Source: Bacteroidetes bacterium GWF2_35_48 (GTDB lineage: Bacteria > Bacteroidota > Bacteroidia > Bacteroidales > GWF2-35-48). From it: a stretch of DNA of 64,000 nucleotides. The stretch is taken from contig MEOG01000082.1 of the NCBI GenBank assembly GCA_001769125.1, positions 18,747-82,746 of the forward strand. Direction: 5' to 3'. A program made the position numbers and the translations under genes. Positions 10,107 through 19,798 of this stretch are shown here, in pieces. The notes under the pieces were generated by a model. It had not been told where the DNA came from and made no database searches. It saw only the letters and a list, made by a program, of their open reading frames with translations. The number at the start of each line of letters is the position of its first letter. The first letter of the stretch is position 1.

Positions 10107-10668
10107 TCAAAATTTTCAGGTTCCGTTTTCCATTTTGTATATAACTTTTTACCTTGTTTAAATCATAGCCGGTAATTAAGGTAATGTCGGCATAACTTTT
10201 ATCTTGAAGGTAGAATAATTCGATGCATTTTTTTTGTTCTGAATCAAGCTCTGTTATTGCCTCTTTCAGCAAATCAAGTTTAATATCAATGTCGTCGCTG
10301 TTATCATGATGCAAAATGTAATCGGTTTCCATAACAGAGGCAAGCTCTTTTTCATGATATTCTATTTTTGTTGCATTTCCTTTTGCGCTTCTTAGTTGCA
10401 TAAGGCAATGGTTTTTTGCAACCACATGCAGCCACGATTTGAAGTTTTGTGGTTCATGTTTGAGGAGGTCGTTCATTAATTTTTCTACAATCTGCATCAC
10501 GGCATCCTTACTTTTTTCTGTATCCTGAAGGTATTTAAGGCAAACGCAATACATAAAATGCGCATACCGGTCGAAAAGCTCTCCCAGACACTGATTATCC
10601 TGGGAAATTCTATATTTTTCGAGAAGTTCGTTATCGGAAAGGCTTTTTATGTAGCTTGTTTTTAGCAA
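10075..10668 (-). CDS. RNA polymerase ECF-type sigma-70 factor
   Basis: 197 aa with a region 2 (..FDRYAHFMYCVCLKYL..) and a region 4 HTH (..CIELFYLQDKSYADITLITGYDLNKVKSYIQNGKRNL). Confidence 0.85.
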   Translation of the reverse strand: MLKTSYIKSLSDNELLEKYRISQDNQCLGELFDRYAHFMYCVCLKYLQDTEKSKDAVMQIVEKLMNDLLKHEPQNFKSWLHVVAKNHCLMQLRSAKGNATKIEYHEKELASVMETDYILHHDNSDDIDIKLDLLKEAITELDSEQKKCIELFYLQDKSYADITLITGYDLNKVKSYIQNGKRNLKILIEKNYGRKVE

Positions 10669-10863
10669 GGTTTTTAATTGATTCTTAATTCAAATTATCT
10701 TGTAAAAAAAAATCTAAATCATTATTACGATACCGATGTAACGCATTTCATTCTTCATATTTTTTTATTGTTGACACTATTTACAATTTCGGATATTCGT
10801 TCTTTTTGATATCATCAAACAAATTATACCGCAAGATAATAATTTATAACAAAGTTAAAAATG

Positions 10864-10953
10864 CCACTAAAACACGAAAACTCAAAAACCCACAAAACAT
10901 TAATAATCAATCATGTTTTTTTTGTAAAATTTTGTGCTTTTGTGCTTTCGTGG
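10864..10953. repeat. inverted arrays of degenerate 8-nt units (AAAACAC/GAAAGCAC) forming an imperfect long hairpin
   Basis: Left arm CCACTAAAACACGAAAACTCAAAAACCCACAAAA. Right arm TTTTGTGCTTTTGTGCTTTCGTGG, reverse complement CCACGAAAGCACAAAAGCACAAAA. Confidence 0.6.
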
Positions 10954-10981
10954 CGAAATGATACTTTTCGGACTGGATTCT

Positions 10982-12061
10982 TCATTTATTAATTAAAAAA
11001 TATATTTCGGCTATTATTATATCTAATAATGCAACTGAATAAAATATGCTGATCAAAAATAAACTTTTTAATTGAAGTCTTTTTAAAATATTAAAACCAA
11101 ACAAAGGAGGAATAAATATTAAAATACACATTGACAAAAATAAAATAAAATACCTAAGCTGGGTAAAACATTTTACGCCAACCAGAACAAAACAGGATGT
11201 TATTAATAAAGGTATGAGCAATCTAAAATACTTATGCCATAAAAGCATAATGGTTTGTCTTAATGAAAGTTTTGATAATATATTTTTTTGAAACAATTGG
11301 AAAAATCCTTTCAGATATCTTCTTGATCTTTTGTAATTATACAATACATCAATACTGTCATCAACGATTTTACAATCTTCAAGAAAAATTACCTGATATT
11401 TTGGGAGAATATTTAAGGTTAAATACAAATCATCTAAAATAATATTCTTAGGAATTTCAACATAGCATTCTTTTTTAATAGCATACAAAGGACCATAGAC
11501 ACCCATTAAATTGCCTGTTTTAGCTTCTTTTTGCTTTATGAAATTTTCATGCGCCCTGATAAATGAATATTGATTTGTTTTATCATAATTTGAAATACAT
11601 GCCGAGACAATACCTGTTTTCTTATATTTCAAAGGTTCAATTAATTTTTTTATAATTCCGGGAGTTAAAGATTGCCTTTGATCACAAAAAATAATATTAT
11701 TATATTTTGCAACTTTTATACCCGTATTCATTGAATCAGGTATCCCTTTCGTTTCGTTATTATGAATTATGTTAAGATTATAATTCGTAAACTGTTTTAA
11801 AATTTCTAAACTATTATCATTGCTGTTGTCATCTATCACGATAAATTCATAATTTTCAAAGGCAGACATTTCATTTAAAATACACTGTAATTTTTGATAC
11901 AATAAATTTCCCCCGTTCTGAGATAAATAAATAACAGAAATATTATTTATATCCCGATCACTTGTTTCAGCACAAATATTATCATTCAATAAGCCAAGCC
12001 AAACAGGATACAGGAAGTAAATTAAAATAAAAACAGATGTTATTATTATTAAGGTAAGCAT
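10982..12061 (-). CDS. family 2 glycosyltransferase with C-terminal transmembrane domain
   Basis: N-terminal TM. GT-A fold motifs (FIVIDDNSNDNS, FCDQRQ). Three to four C-terminal TM helices. Very AT-rich. Confidence 0.75.
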   Translation of the reverse strand: MLTLIIITSVFILIYFLYPVWLGLLNDNICAETSDRDINNISVIYLSQNGGNLLYQKLQCILNEMSAFENYEFIVIDDNSNDNSLEILKQFTNYNLNIIHNNETKGIPDSMNTGIKVAKYNNIIFCDQRQSLTPGIIKKLIEPLKYKKTGIVSACISNYDKTNQYSFIRAHENFIKQKEAKTGNLMGVYGPLYAIKKECYVEIPKNIILDDLYLTLNILPKYQVIFLEDCKIVDDSIDVLYNYKRSRRYLKGFFQLFQKNILSKLSLRQTIMLLWHKYFRLLIPLLITSCFVLVGVKCFTQLRYFILFLSMCILIFIPPLFGFNILKRLQLKSLFLISIFYSVALLDIIIAEIYFLINK

Positions 12062-12070
12062 TATTGATTA

Positions 12071-13468
12071 TTATATGTTATTCTTTTTAATAACCTTAAT
12101 TTTATATATAGCCTTTAATACCTTATATACTTTTTCTCCAATTCCCGGGGGTAAAATACTTTGAATTTTACGAGATGTTTCCTTAGCAAAATCAAATAAA
12201 ATATTTTTGGTATCCTTATTACTATAAAACCCTTCTTTGGTAACCAACCGTATAGCTTCTAATCGGTCATTATAATTGAATTCAGGTGTTTCAAAAACTA
12301 TTCTTGGAGTAACCGTATGGCATTCGTGCGTAAAATTAAAATACATTTTCCCATGGTTTAAGACATAATCCCATTGAGGCGTATTTTTAAAAGGTAAAAC
12401 AGTATAGAAATTTGTATAATCACACCCGGATTTTTTAGCAAATGAGATAGATTCCTTTATTGTATCAAGAGTATCATAAGGGCTTCCGATTACATATTGA
12501 GCCATAATTTCAATACCCGCGCATTTAAGAATCTTAATACCTTCAGATATTTTTTCAATACTGGTTTTTTTTCCGATTTTCTCTAAAATGATATTATTTG
12601 CAGATTCAATTCCAATGGCAACATTAAAGCATCCGGATTTTCTCATTTTGCAGGCTATATCAGATGTAATCCGATCTGCGCGAATAGATGCAGACCATAA
12701 AATTTGTATGTTTTTTTCAATTATAAGATCACAAAAATCTTCAAGTCTTTTTAAATTTGTATTAAATGTATTATCTCCAAAAACGAATATTTTTTTTCCG
12801 TAATTTGCAATTAAACACTCTATTTCCGTAATAATTTTATTTGCACTCATTTCCTGATATCCATCTTTCCAAATTGAGCTTGAATTACACCATGCACAAG
12901 AGAATATACAACCACGGCTGGTTACAAGTCGGTGCAAGGGGTATCTTTCCATAGGAAAAATATCATAAGCAGGGAAAGGAAGACGATCCAAATCGTTAAT
13001 TCTCTGTCTGGGTGGGTTCGTAATAATTTTATTATTGTCTTTGTAAATTAAACCATCAATATTTGATAATTTTTCTTGACCTTTTAAATAGGAAATAAGT
13101 TGGGTAAAAGTGATTTCTCCTTCTCCAAATACAGCAAACTCTGCCGGGGTTTCAATAAAAATATCCTGCTTAATAGTGGTAACATACGGTCCACCTAAAC
13201 AAACAGGAGTATTATTTGCTTTCTTTTTTATTTGATGAAAAATTTCGATTACTTCAAAGTAAACAGGCGAGAATACAGTAATACCGATTAAATCAAAATG
13301 ATTTTTAAAAAAATTTCGTGTTTCATTTTTGCCTGCAACCCTTGTATCTAAAACCTCAAAATGCAAATCATTATGGTAAATACGCGCATAAGCAGCAATA
13401 GACGCAAGACCAAGATGCAATGTTTTATAACGCCTGTCTTTATTTGGAAAAATTAAACCAATTTTCAT
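12071..13468 (-). CDS. B12-binding domain-containing radical SAM protein (class B)
   Basis: N-terminal Rossmann-like cobalamin-binding region. Cluster motif SRGCIFSCAWC (CX3CX2C). Confidence 0.8.
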   Translation of the reverse strand: MKIGLIFPNKDRRYKTLHLGLASIAAYARIYHNDLHFEVLDTRVAGKNETRNFFKNHFDLIGITVFSPVYFEVIEIFHQIKKKANNTPVCLGGPYVTTIKQDIFIETPAEFAVFGEGEITFTQLISYLKGQEKLSNIDGLIYKDNNKIITNPPRQRINDLDRLPFPAYDIFPMERYPLHRLVTSRGCIFSCAWCNSSSIWKDGYQEMSANKIITEIECLIANYGKKIFVFGDNTFNTNLKRLEDFCDLIIEKNIQILWSASIRADRITSDIACKMRKSGCFNVAIGIESANNIILEKIGKKTSIEKISEGIKILKCAGIEIMAQYVIGSPYDTLDTIKESISFAKKSGCDYTNFYTVLPFKNTPQWDYVLNHGKMYFNFTHECHTVTPRIVFETPEFNYNDRLEAIRLVTKEGFYSNKDTKNILFDFAKETSRKIQSILPPGIGEKVYKVLKAIYKIKVIKKNNI

Positions 13469-13483
13469 TTGAGATTATCATTT

Positions 13484-14284
13484 TTACCAATTGATAATAT
13501 TTCTGTTTTGAAAAAATTTTCCTGTTGGTATTTCATCATTCATGGCAAGCCATACAGCAGTGTCTGCTCCTTCACTTACTGAAAGTGGTGCATCGGGACC
13601 GCCCATATCTGTTCTTACCCAGCCAGGACAAACTGCATTAACGTTTATTCCTGATGATTTTAATTCATTTGAAAACATAATTGTTAACGCATTTAAAGAT
13701 GATTTTGACAAACTATAAGCGGGGTAGAGACCTGATAGATTATTTAAGGATCCCATTCCACTGCTAATATTAATAATCCTACCATTATTGCTTTTTTGGA
13801 GCAAGGGAATAAAAGAATTAATCATTCTCCATGATCCGTAGAAATTAGTTTCCATAACAATTTTCACAGTATCCAATGATTCATTTTGAACTTTTATATT
13901 TTTATCCAAAAATTTAGTTTTTTCAAATAAGGGTTTTACTTTTTTTAAAATATTATATGTTCCCTGAAATTTATTTTTAATAATTTGTTTTGCATTATTT
14001 AGAATAATGTTTCCCTGAGTATTAGCACCGACACCAGCATTATTAATTAAAACATCCAGCTTACCGAATTTAACCGAGATAAACTCAACTAATTCCCTTA
14101 TGCTATCCTCTTTTGTAACATCAAGTCGGCAAACAATTGCGTTCTGACTTAAAAGGGAAGCCGCATTTAATCCCTTTTTCAAATCTCTTGAACATAAAAT
14201 GACCTGACATCCTTTTTCGTCTAATTGCCTTGATATTTCAAAGCCGATACCTCTGTTAGCACCTGTAATGAGAACGACTTTCAT
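13484..14284 (-). CDS. SDR family oxidoreductase (carbonyl-reductase-like)
   Basis: TGANRGIGFE cofactor motif, NNAG motif, catalytic YSLSK. Confidence 0.85.
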   Translation of the reverse strand: MKVVLITGANRGIGFEISRQLDEKGCQVILCSRDLKKGLNAASLLSQNAIVCRLDVTKEDSIRELVEFISVKFGKLDVLINNAGVGANTQGNIILNNAKQIIKNKFQGTYNILKKVKPLFEKTKFLDKNIKVQNESLDTVKIVMETNFYGSWRMINSFIPLLQKSNNGRIINISSGMGSLNNLSGLYPAYSLSKSSLNALTIMFSNELKSSGINVNAVCPGWVRTDMGGPDAPLSVSEGADTAVWLAMNDEIPTGKFFQNRNIINW

Positions 14285-15458
14285 ATTCTTTGATATATAG
14301 TTTTTTTAATATTATTGACAACAACCGATTAAATATTGATATAAATATAGTAATAAGAATTTTCCTGTTCGCAAATGGATATTGAAATGCTGATGCAATC
14401 ATATTTCTACTGAATTTATGGCAGCACCCGTTACAATAAATCGGATAATTAAAACTTTTTAAATCGGCTTTAAGTTTTTCGGTTGCATTTTCCCATTGAG
14501 TCAACAAATCTATAGATTTATTATCTTTTATACTCTTTTCGGCCTGTATTAAACCGCAAGGCTGAATTCCTCCATAATAATTTATTTCTATTACCGTAAA
14601 TATTTCTCTACAATAAAATTTGGGTAATACTTTGTGAAAGAAAAATGTATTTTTTTTATCGGGAATGATATTAATATATGACTCAATCCAGGGTAAAAGC
14701 CGATAAATATTTGTATTGATTTTATGCTTTCTTTCAAATAAATAAATTTTTTGTAATTCGCGAAATAAAATGTCAAATTGATCGGTAGATACATTTAATT
14801 CCTGTTTGTTTTTTATGACACTTATATTGGGAAAATTTGAATATTTTATTACAGGTTGATAAAGTACATTTGTAATTTTTAAACTGTGCGCATGGATTAA
14901 TGATTTATATAAATCATGATAATTGTATTTTGAGATGACTGATAGAATTATTACAGGAATATTATTTTCTTGAAGTTTTTGAATAGATTTTAACGCATTT
15001 TTTAGCGCAGAATCATTCCCTCTTGTTTGAATCTGAATCTCTTCATTAAATGAATCTACGGAAATATTTACTATCGTTTTACATTTTTTTAAAGTATGAA
15101 ATTCATTATCATTTAACTTATGGATGGTCATGCCATTGGAAGTAATATTACAAAAAACATTATTCTTCCAGGCAAATTCAACAACATCAATAATTCCTGA
15201 AAACAAAAAAGGCTCTCCTCCACACATTGACAATTTTTTTATTCTGAATTCAGCCATTTGTGTTATTATCCAGAATAAATCATCTTTTGTTAATAAATCA
15301 CTATTTTGCGATAGACAATTTTTTCCAATTTCACAGTATACACAACTTTGATTGCACTTATCGGTAAGATTTACTGATACATTTGAAGGTATTTTCCCTC
15401 CAAAAAATATTCTTTTGATTTCAGGAATATAATTTCTTATAAGCTTTGAAGTTATCAC
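14256..15458 (-). CDS. radical SAM protein with SPASM/twitch-like Cys-rich C-terminal domain
   Basis: Cluster motif CNQSCVYC (CX3CX2C). C-terminal cysteines (..IQPCG.., YCNGCCHKF). 29-nt overlap with the SDR gene. Confidence 0.75.
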   Translation of the reverse strand: MITSKLIRNYIPEIKRIFFGGKIPSNVSVNLTDKCNQSCVYCEIGKNCLSQNSDLLTKDDLFWIITQMAEFRIKKLSMCGGEPFLFSGIIDVVEFAWKNNVFCNITSNGMTIHKLNDNEFHTLKKCKTIVNISVDSFNEEIQIQTRGNDSALKNALKSIQKLQENNIPVIILSVISKYNYHDLYKSLIHAHSLKITNVLYQPVIKYSNFPNISVIKNKQELNVSTDQFDILFRELQKIYLFERKHKINTNIYRLLPWIESYINIIPDKKNTFFFHKVLPKFYCREIFTVIEINYYGGIQPCGLIQAEKSIKDNKSIDLLTQWENATEKLKADLKSFNYPIYCNGCCHKFSRNMIASAFQYPFANRKILITIFISIFNRLLSIILKKLYIKEYESRSHYRC

Positions 15459-15533
15459 TGTAATTGTTAATTCTTTCTCATTAATTTCGATTGAAGCCTT
15501 TCAAAAATTATTATTGAAGTATAATCCCAACGG

Positions 15534-16931
15534 TTATTGCCGAAAGCTGTTATCACTTACTTTTCCTTTTCTTTTTAAGAACATTCCCGTTACAGATGGT
15601 TTTATAAACTTGTCATCATCCCAAACAAGTTGACCTTTTACAAATACTTTTTCCGGCGCACCAGATACTTTTATCCCTTCGTAAATATTGGTATCGCAAT
15701 TCTGGTGGTGGGTTTTAGCAGAAATTACTTTAATTTTATCGGAATTCCAGAGGATAATATCTGCATCTGCACCTGTTTCAATGCTTCCCTTTTGGGGATA
15801 TAATCCGAATATTTTTGCAGGATTCGTACAATTTAATTCAACAAAACGGCTGGGAGATATTTTTCCAGTTCTCACGCCAAAATGCCACAAGAGGCTCAGG
15901 CGCTCTTCAAGACCGTTTCCGCCATTCGGCACTTTCGAGAAATCATTGATCCCAATATCTTTTTGCCCCTTGTTGTTAAAAGGACAATGATCTGTAGCTA
16001 CAACATCCAACCTGCCATTTTTCAATGCAGCCCAAAGATTTTGCTGATCTTTTTTAGTTCTTAAAGGAGGCGATAAAATATATGAAATGGCTTCACGAGA
16101 CGGTTTTTTATATTCTTCTTCCGTCAAAAGTAAATAATGCGGGCAGGTTTCAGCAAACACAGTCTGACCGGACTTTCGTGCCTGTTGAATTATTTTCATG
16201 GCAGCTCCGGAAGAAACATGCACAATATACAAGGGACAATTTAAAACTCCCGCAAGCGATATCATTCGGTTCACAGCTTCTGCTTCTGCCTCAACCGGAC
16301 GCGATAAAGCATGATACAGCGGACTTGTTTTTTTATTTTTTAAAAATGATTGCTGCAAAAATTTGATAAGGTCGCCATTTTCACAATGAGCCGTAAGGAG
16401 TGCATTATTTTTTGATATTACATCCATCAGCCGCACTACGACATCATCGTTAATGCCAATAACACCTTTGTATGCCAAATATATTTTAAATGAATTTATG
16501 CCCTCTTTTATGCACGCTTTAATTTCTTTTTCAGTATTATCGTTCCACCCGGTAACACTCATGTGAAAACTGTAGTCAATGTATGATTTTTCGGCCTCTT
16601 GTTTTCTGCTTTTTAGAGCCTGAAGCAAAGACTGACCAGAGAATGGAGTAACAAAATCAATAACGCTGGTTGTGCCACCTGCAATAGCAGCAATACTTCC
16701 CGATTGAAAATCATCACATGAATTTCCGGCAGGTGTGGGTAGTTGCAGGTGAACATGCGCATCAACAGCACCGGGAAGAACATACAAACCCTTTGCGTCA
16801 ACTGTTTTTATCCCTGAAAAAGAAATTTTTTCCCCAATAATTTTTATTCTTCCATTTTCAATATAAATATCAGATTTATATTCTCTGTCAGAAGACACGA
16901 TGATACCGTTTTTTATGATTATTGCGTCCAT
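15534..16931 (-). CDS. dihydropyrimidinase / D-hydantoinase (cyclic amidohydrolase)
   Basis: Motifs VDAHVHL, FKIYLAYKG, AHCENGD, ATDHCPF. Start set at ATG 16931 because a terminator hairpin for the upstream gene occupies 16935-16981 inside the longer track ORF. Confidence 0.85.
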   Translation of the reverse strand: MDAIIIKNGIIVSSDREYKSDIYIENGRIKIIGEKISFSGIKTVDAKGLYVLPGAVDAHVHLQLPTPAGNSCDDFQSGSIAAIAGGTTSVIDFVTPFSGQSLLQALKSRKQEAEKSYIDYSFHMSVTGWNDNTEKEIKACIKEGINSFKIYLAYKGVIGINDDVVVRLMDVISKNNALLTAHCENGDLIKFLQQSFLKNKKTSPLYHALSRPVEAEAEAVNRMISLAGVLNCPLYIVHVSSGAAMKIIQQARKSGQTVFAETCPHYLLLTEEEYKKPSREAISYILSPPLRTKKDQQNLWAALKNGRLDVVATDHCPFNNKGQKDIGINDFSKVPNGGNGLEERLSLLWHFGVRTGKISPSRFVELNCTNPAKIFGLYPQKGSIETGADADIILWNSDKIKVISAKTHHQNCDTNIYEGIKVSGAPEKVFVKGQLVWDDDKFIKPSVTGMFLKRKGKVSDNSFRQ

Positions 16932-16934
16932 AAT

Positions 16935-16981
16935 ATAAAAAAAATCCCGGTTGTCAGACACAATGCTGCAACCGGGATTTT
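16935..16981 (-). terminator. rho-independent terminator of the 16999-17454 gene
   Basis: Stem AAATCCCGGTT (16942-16952) / AACCGGGATTT (16970-16980), with a U-run on the minus strand. Confidence 0.7.
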
Positions 16982-16998
16982 TATAATTTTAATCTAAA

Positions 16999-17454
16999 TT
17001 ATTTTTGAATTTTATCTTCTTCGTTCATGAAACCAATCAAAACAGCGATGCATCCTTTTGCAATATCGCTTTGAAGCTGTTCAACTGTTTGCACCTGAAT
17101 AGCAATAATAAGCTGCTGACTTGATTCCAGCGTGAAATCCCAGGTTTTTGCAAAATCTTTTTCTTTATTGGTATAAAGAACTTTTCTTTTTGCATCCATA
17201 ATTTTAAACTCTACCTTAGGCATGTCAGCTTCTGCTACAACCGCGATTCTGTATTGCTGTCCGGAATAAAAAGTTTTATAAAGTTCAGCGGTTTCTCCTT
17301 CAGAGAGGACGGTCGCATTATATATTCCATCATGGATGAATGGAAGTAATTCGATTTTTGCTTTTTTTGCAAAATTTTTACATTGAGCATTTCCAATAAA
17401 TGGTATTACGGAAAGGGCTGCAACAATCAGGAATAACTGAAAAAATCTTTTCAT
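16999..17454 (-). CDS. hypothetical secreted protein
   Basis: Signal peptide MKRFFQLFLIVAALSVIPFIGNAQ. No recognisable domain. Confidence 0.5.
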   Translation of the reverse strand: MKRFFQLFLIVAALSVIPFIGNAQCKNFAKKAKIELLPFIHDGIYNATVLSEGETAELYKTFYSGQQYRIAVVAEADMPKVEFKIMDAKRKVLYTNKEKDFAKTWDFTLESSQQLIIAIQVQTVEQLQSDIAKGCIAVLIGFMNEEDKIQK

Positions 17455-17463
17455 AAGTTCAAC

Positions 17464-18381
17464 TTATTTAATAATACTATTTCTGAAATCTTCTATTTTA
17501 GCCACAAGTTTTTTAATGTCTTCGTCTTTATAAGAAATCTCGGTTTTGCCTTGTATTTTAGCAATTTTATCACCTTTTGTAACAACAGGATCAATATCTT
17601 CGTTGCTTACTTTAATAAGGTCAAAAATTGCTTTGATATCGCCAAGATCTTTTAATAAAGTTGTAATGTCTTCGTTAGGTATTTTATTTTCGTGCTCCAG
17701 CATGTTTATTAAAGTTCCTAAGGAAATTCTCTGGTCAATGATTCTAGAGGTAAGTTCCTTTGGGTTTTTGGTTGATTTAATCAACTGTGATGAAATATAA
17801 AGACCTTCAAGCCAACCACCGGCTAATATAATGGCTGCCGTCTGAGACCTGTTATTATCCTTTAGATACGAATTTGAGTTCATAAAGGTTTCAGAAATGA
17901 TCTCCATAATAGAGTCCCTGTTATTAACATTGTTTTCCAAACGATTAATAATAGACTGATCTATAGCACTTAAGATACCAAGTTTGTCTGCTAATTTTTT
18001 TGATGCAGCCATATATTTTATGGATGTCTGATTTTGATCATACAAACTAGCATAACTTAAATCAGCACTATAAACACCCAAATTTAATGCCATTTGTTTG
18101 TTTGTCGTGTACTTATTTATGTTTTCCAGCTTATTAAGAATTTCTTCATTATACTGCGCACCCGCTCTCTTTAAAAGCATAGCCGTTTCAATCGGAGAAG
18201 GTAATGAATACATTATCTGTTTAGCCTTGAAAATTTTAAAATCTGTTTCAAGATCTTCAGTGTTTCCCTGCTTGTCGTCACCTTCGGTGGTTGTTTCATT
18301 CGAGCAGCTAAATAATAATGAAGCTATCCCGACAAACATCACATACTGTAAATTTTTCAGTGTTAATAATCTAATAATCAT
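17464..18381 (-). CDS. hypothetical lipoprotein
   Basis: Lipobox-like ..IASLLFSCSNE near the N-terminus. The rest is helical with no recognisable domain. Confidence 0.5.
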   Translation of the reverse strand: MIIRLLTLKNLQYVMFVGIASLLFSCSNETTTEGDDKQGNTEDLETDFKIFKAKQIMYSLPSPIETAMLLKRAGAQYNEEILNKLENINKYTTNKQMALNLGVYSADLSYASLYDQNQTSIKYMAASKKLADKLGILSAIDQSIINRLENNVNNRDSIMEIISETFMNSNSYLKDNNRSQTAAIILAGGWLEGLYISSQLIKSTKNPKELTSRIIDQRISLGTLINMLEHENKIPNEDITTLLKDLGDIKAIFDLIKVSNEDIDPVVTKGDKIAKIQGKTEISYKDEDIKKLVAKIEDFRNSIIK

Positions 18382-18563
18382 AAACTTAATTGTTTAATTT
18401 TCATTTTTGAACAAGTAAAATTAAAACTATTTTTTAAAAGTACAAAAATAAATAAATATATCAATAATAAAAGGCTTGTATAATAATTTTCTATACTTGT
18501 TTTTTTCTTTTTGTGTTTATTTATTTTATTTCAATGTTTTATACATTTGCAAAAAACAAAATT

Positions 18564-19112
18564 ATGAATTCAAAAGCAGAAAAAGAAATACATGAAAGCC
18601 TTAATTCCTGCAATGATACTAAAATTACTGATGCAATTCAAAAAATTATCAAAAAAGATTTTTTTGTTTTCATTCCGAAACTTGCTACACTCTATGTAAC
18701 AACGCAGAATGAAGACATCAAAAGAATAATTGCAGATTCGTTTTATTGTTTAAAAAAACCGGATTCTATATTACATATTATATCCGTAATCAGTGATAAA
18801 TCGTTAGTTAAAGATAACAAAATGCTTATTGCATCATGTTGGAATACCGGTCTGGATTATGCTCCGCATTTAGAGTTTTTCACAAACCTTGTAGCTTCAA
18901 CAGAATATGAAACAGCAATTGAAGCTTTTACCGTGATTGAGGAAGCTATGCATTATGATAATATTGAAGAAACCTGTGCTTTGAATTGTATTGCCGGACT
19001 AAAAAGCAAGATAGAAATGAATAACCGAGAAAAAAGCTACCTGTACGTTGAATTGATTAAGGTTCTTGAAAAAAAATTACAACAGAAAAAATCAGCGGTC
19101 TCCGAAAATTAA
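18564..19112 (+). CDS. hypothetical protein (helical repeat-like)
   Basis: ORF with coding-like composition. Start is uncertain: the track gives 18513 (GTG), I prefer ATG 18564. 21-nt convergent overlap with the yggS-like gene. Confidence 0.4.
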   Translation: MNSKAEKEIHESLNSCNDTKITDAIQKIIKKDFFVFIPKLATLYVTTQNEDIKRIIADSFYCLKKPDSILHIISVISDKSLVKDNKMLIASCWNTGLDYAPHLEFFTNLVASTEYETAIEAFTVIEEAMHYDNIEETCALNCIAGLKSKIEMNNREKSYLYVELIKVLEKKLQQKKSAVSEN

Positions 19113-19760
19113 ACTTCCAACACGGACTAAAGTTGAGCCTTCTTTTATTGCGAGCAGATAGTCTCCCGACATTCCTATTGAAAGTTCGCAGAATTTTTGA
19201 TCTTCTTTAAAATAATTATTTTTTATTTCCTTAAAAAGAGAAGAAATATGCTGAAATTCTTTTTGCACCAAATTCATGTCTGAAGAAAAAGATGCCATTC
19301 CCATTAATCCGCAAATTGAAATATTTCTAAATGAACCATATTCCGGAGAAGTTATTAATTCAATAATTTCTTCTCTGTTCATTCCGAATTTTGTTTCTTC
19401 GGTTGCAATATGAACCTCGAGCAGACAAGAAATAACGCGCTTATTTTTTTCAGCTTCCTTGTTGATTTCCTTCAATAATTTAAGGCTGTCTACCGAATGT
19501 ATCAGAGAAATAAAGGGAGCTATGGATTTAACCTTATTTGTTTGCAGGTGACCGATAAAATGCCATTCAATATCTTTCGGAAGATGCTCATGTTTTACAA
19601 GCAGTTCCTGTACCTTGTTTTCTCCAAAAATTTTATGTCCTACATTATATAAATGTAAAATTTTTTCTTCGGTGTGTGTTTTTGAGACAGCAACAAGGCG
19701 TACACTTGCCGGAATTTCGGACTGGAGTTTTCTGAAATTTGATAAAATAGAATTTTCCAT
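19092..19760 (-). CDS. yggS: YggS family pyridoxal-phosphate-dependent protein (PLP homeostasis)
   Basis: VAVSKTH (PLP lysine) and GENKVQE motifs. Start set at ATG 19760 because the terminator of the DUF1015 gene lies at 19765-19790. Confidence 0.85.
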   Translation of the reverse strand: MENSILSNFRKLQSEIPASVRLVAVSKTHTEEKILHLYNVGHKIFGENKVQELLVKHEHLPKDIEWHFIGHLQTNKVKSIAPFISLIHSVDSLKLLKEINKEAEKNKRVISCLLEVHIATEETKFGMNREEIIELITSPEYGSFRNISICGLMGMASFSSDMNLVQKEFQHISSLFKEIKNNYFKEDQKFCELSIGMSGDYLLAIKEGSTLVRVGSLIFGDR

Positions 19761-19764
19761 AGGC

Positions 19765-19790
19765 AAAAAGAGCCGCATAAAGCGGCTCTT
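19765..19790 (-). terminator. rho-independent terminator of the DUF1015 gene
   Basis: Stem AAGAGCCGC / GCGGCTCTT with a U-run on the minus strand. Confidence 0.65.
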
Positions 19791-19798
19791 CATATTGA

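Noticed and set aside
14256-15533. RiPP precursor peptide gene next to the SPASM radical SAM enzyme.
   Set aside because: Only 75 nt separate it from the hydantoinase gene, and no short Cys/Gly/Ser-rich ORF is visible on either side of the cassette.
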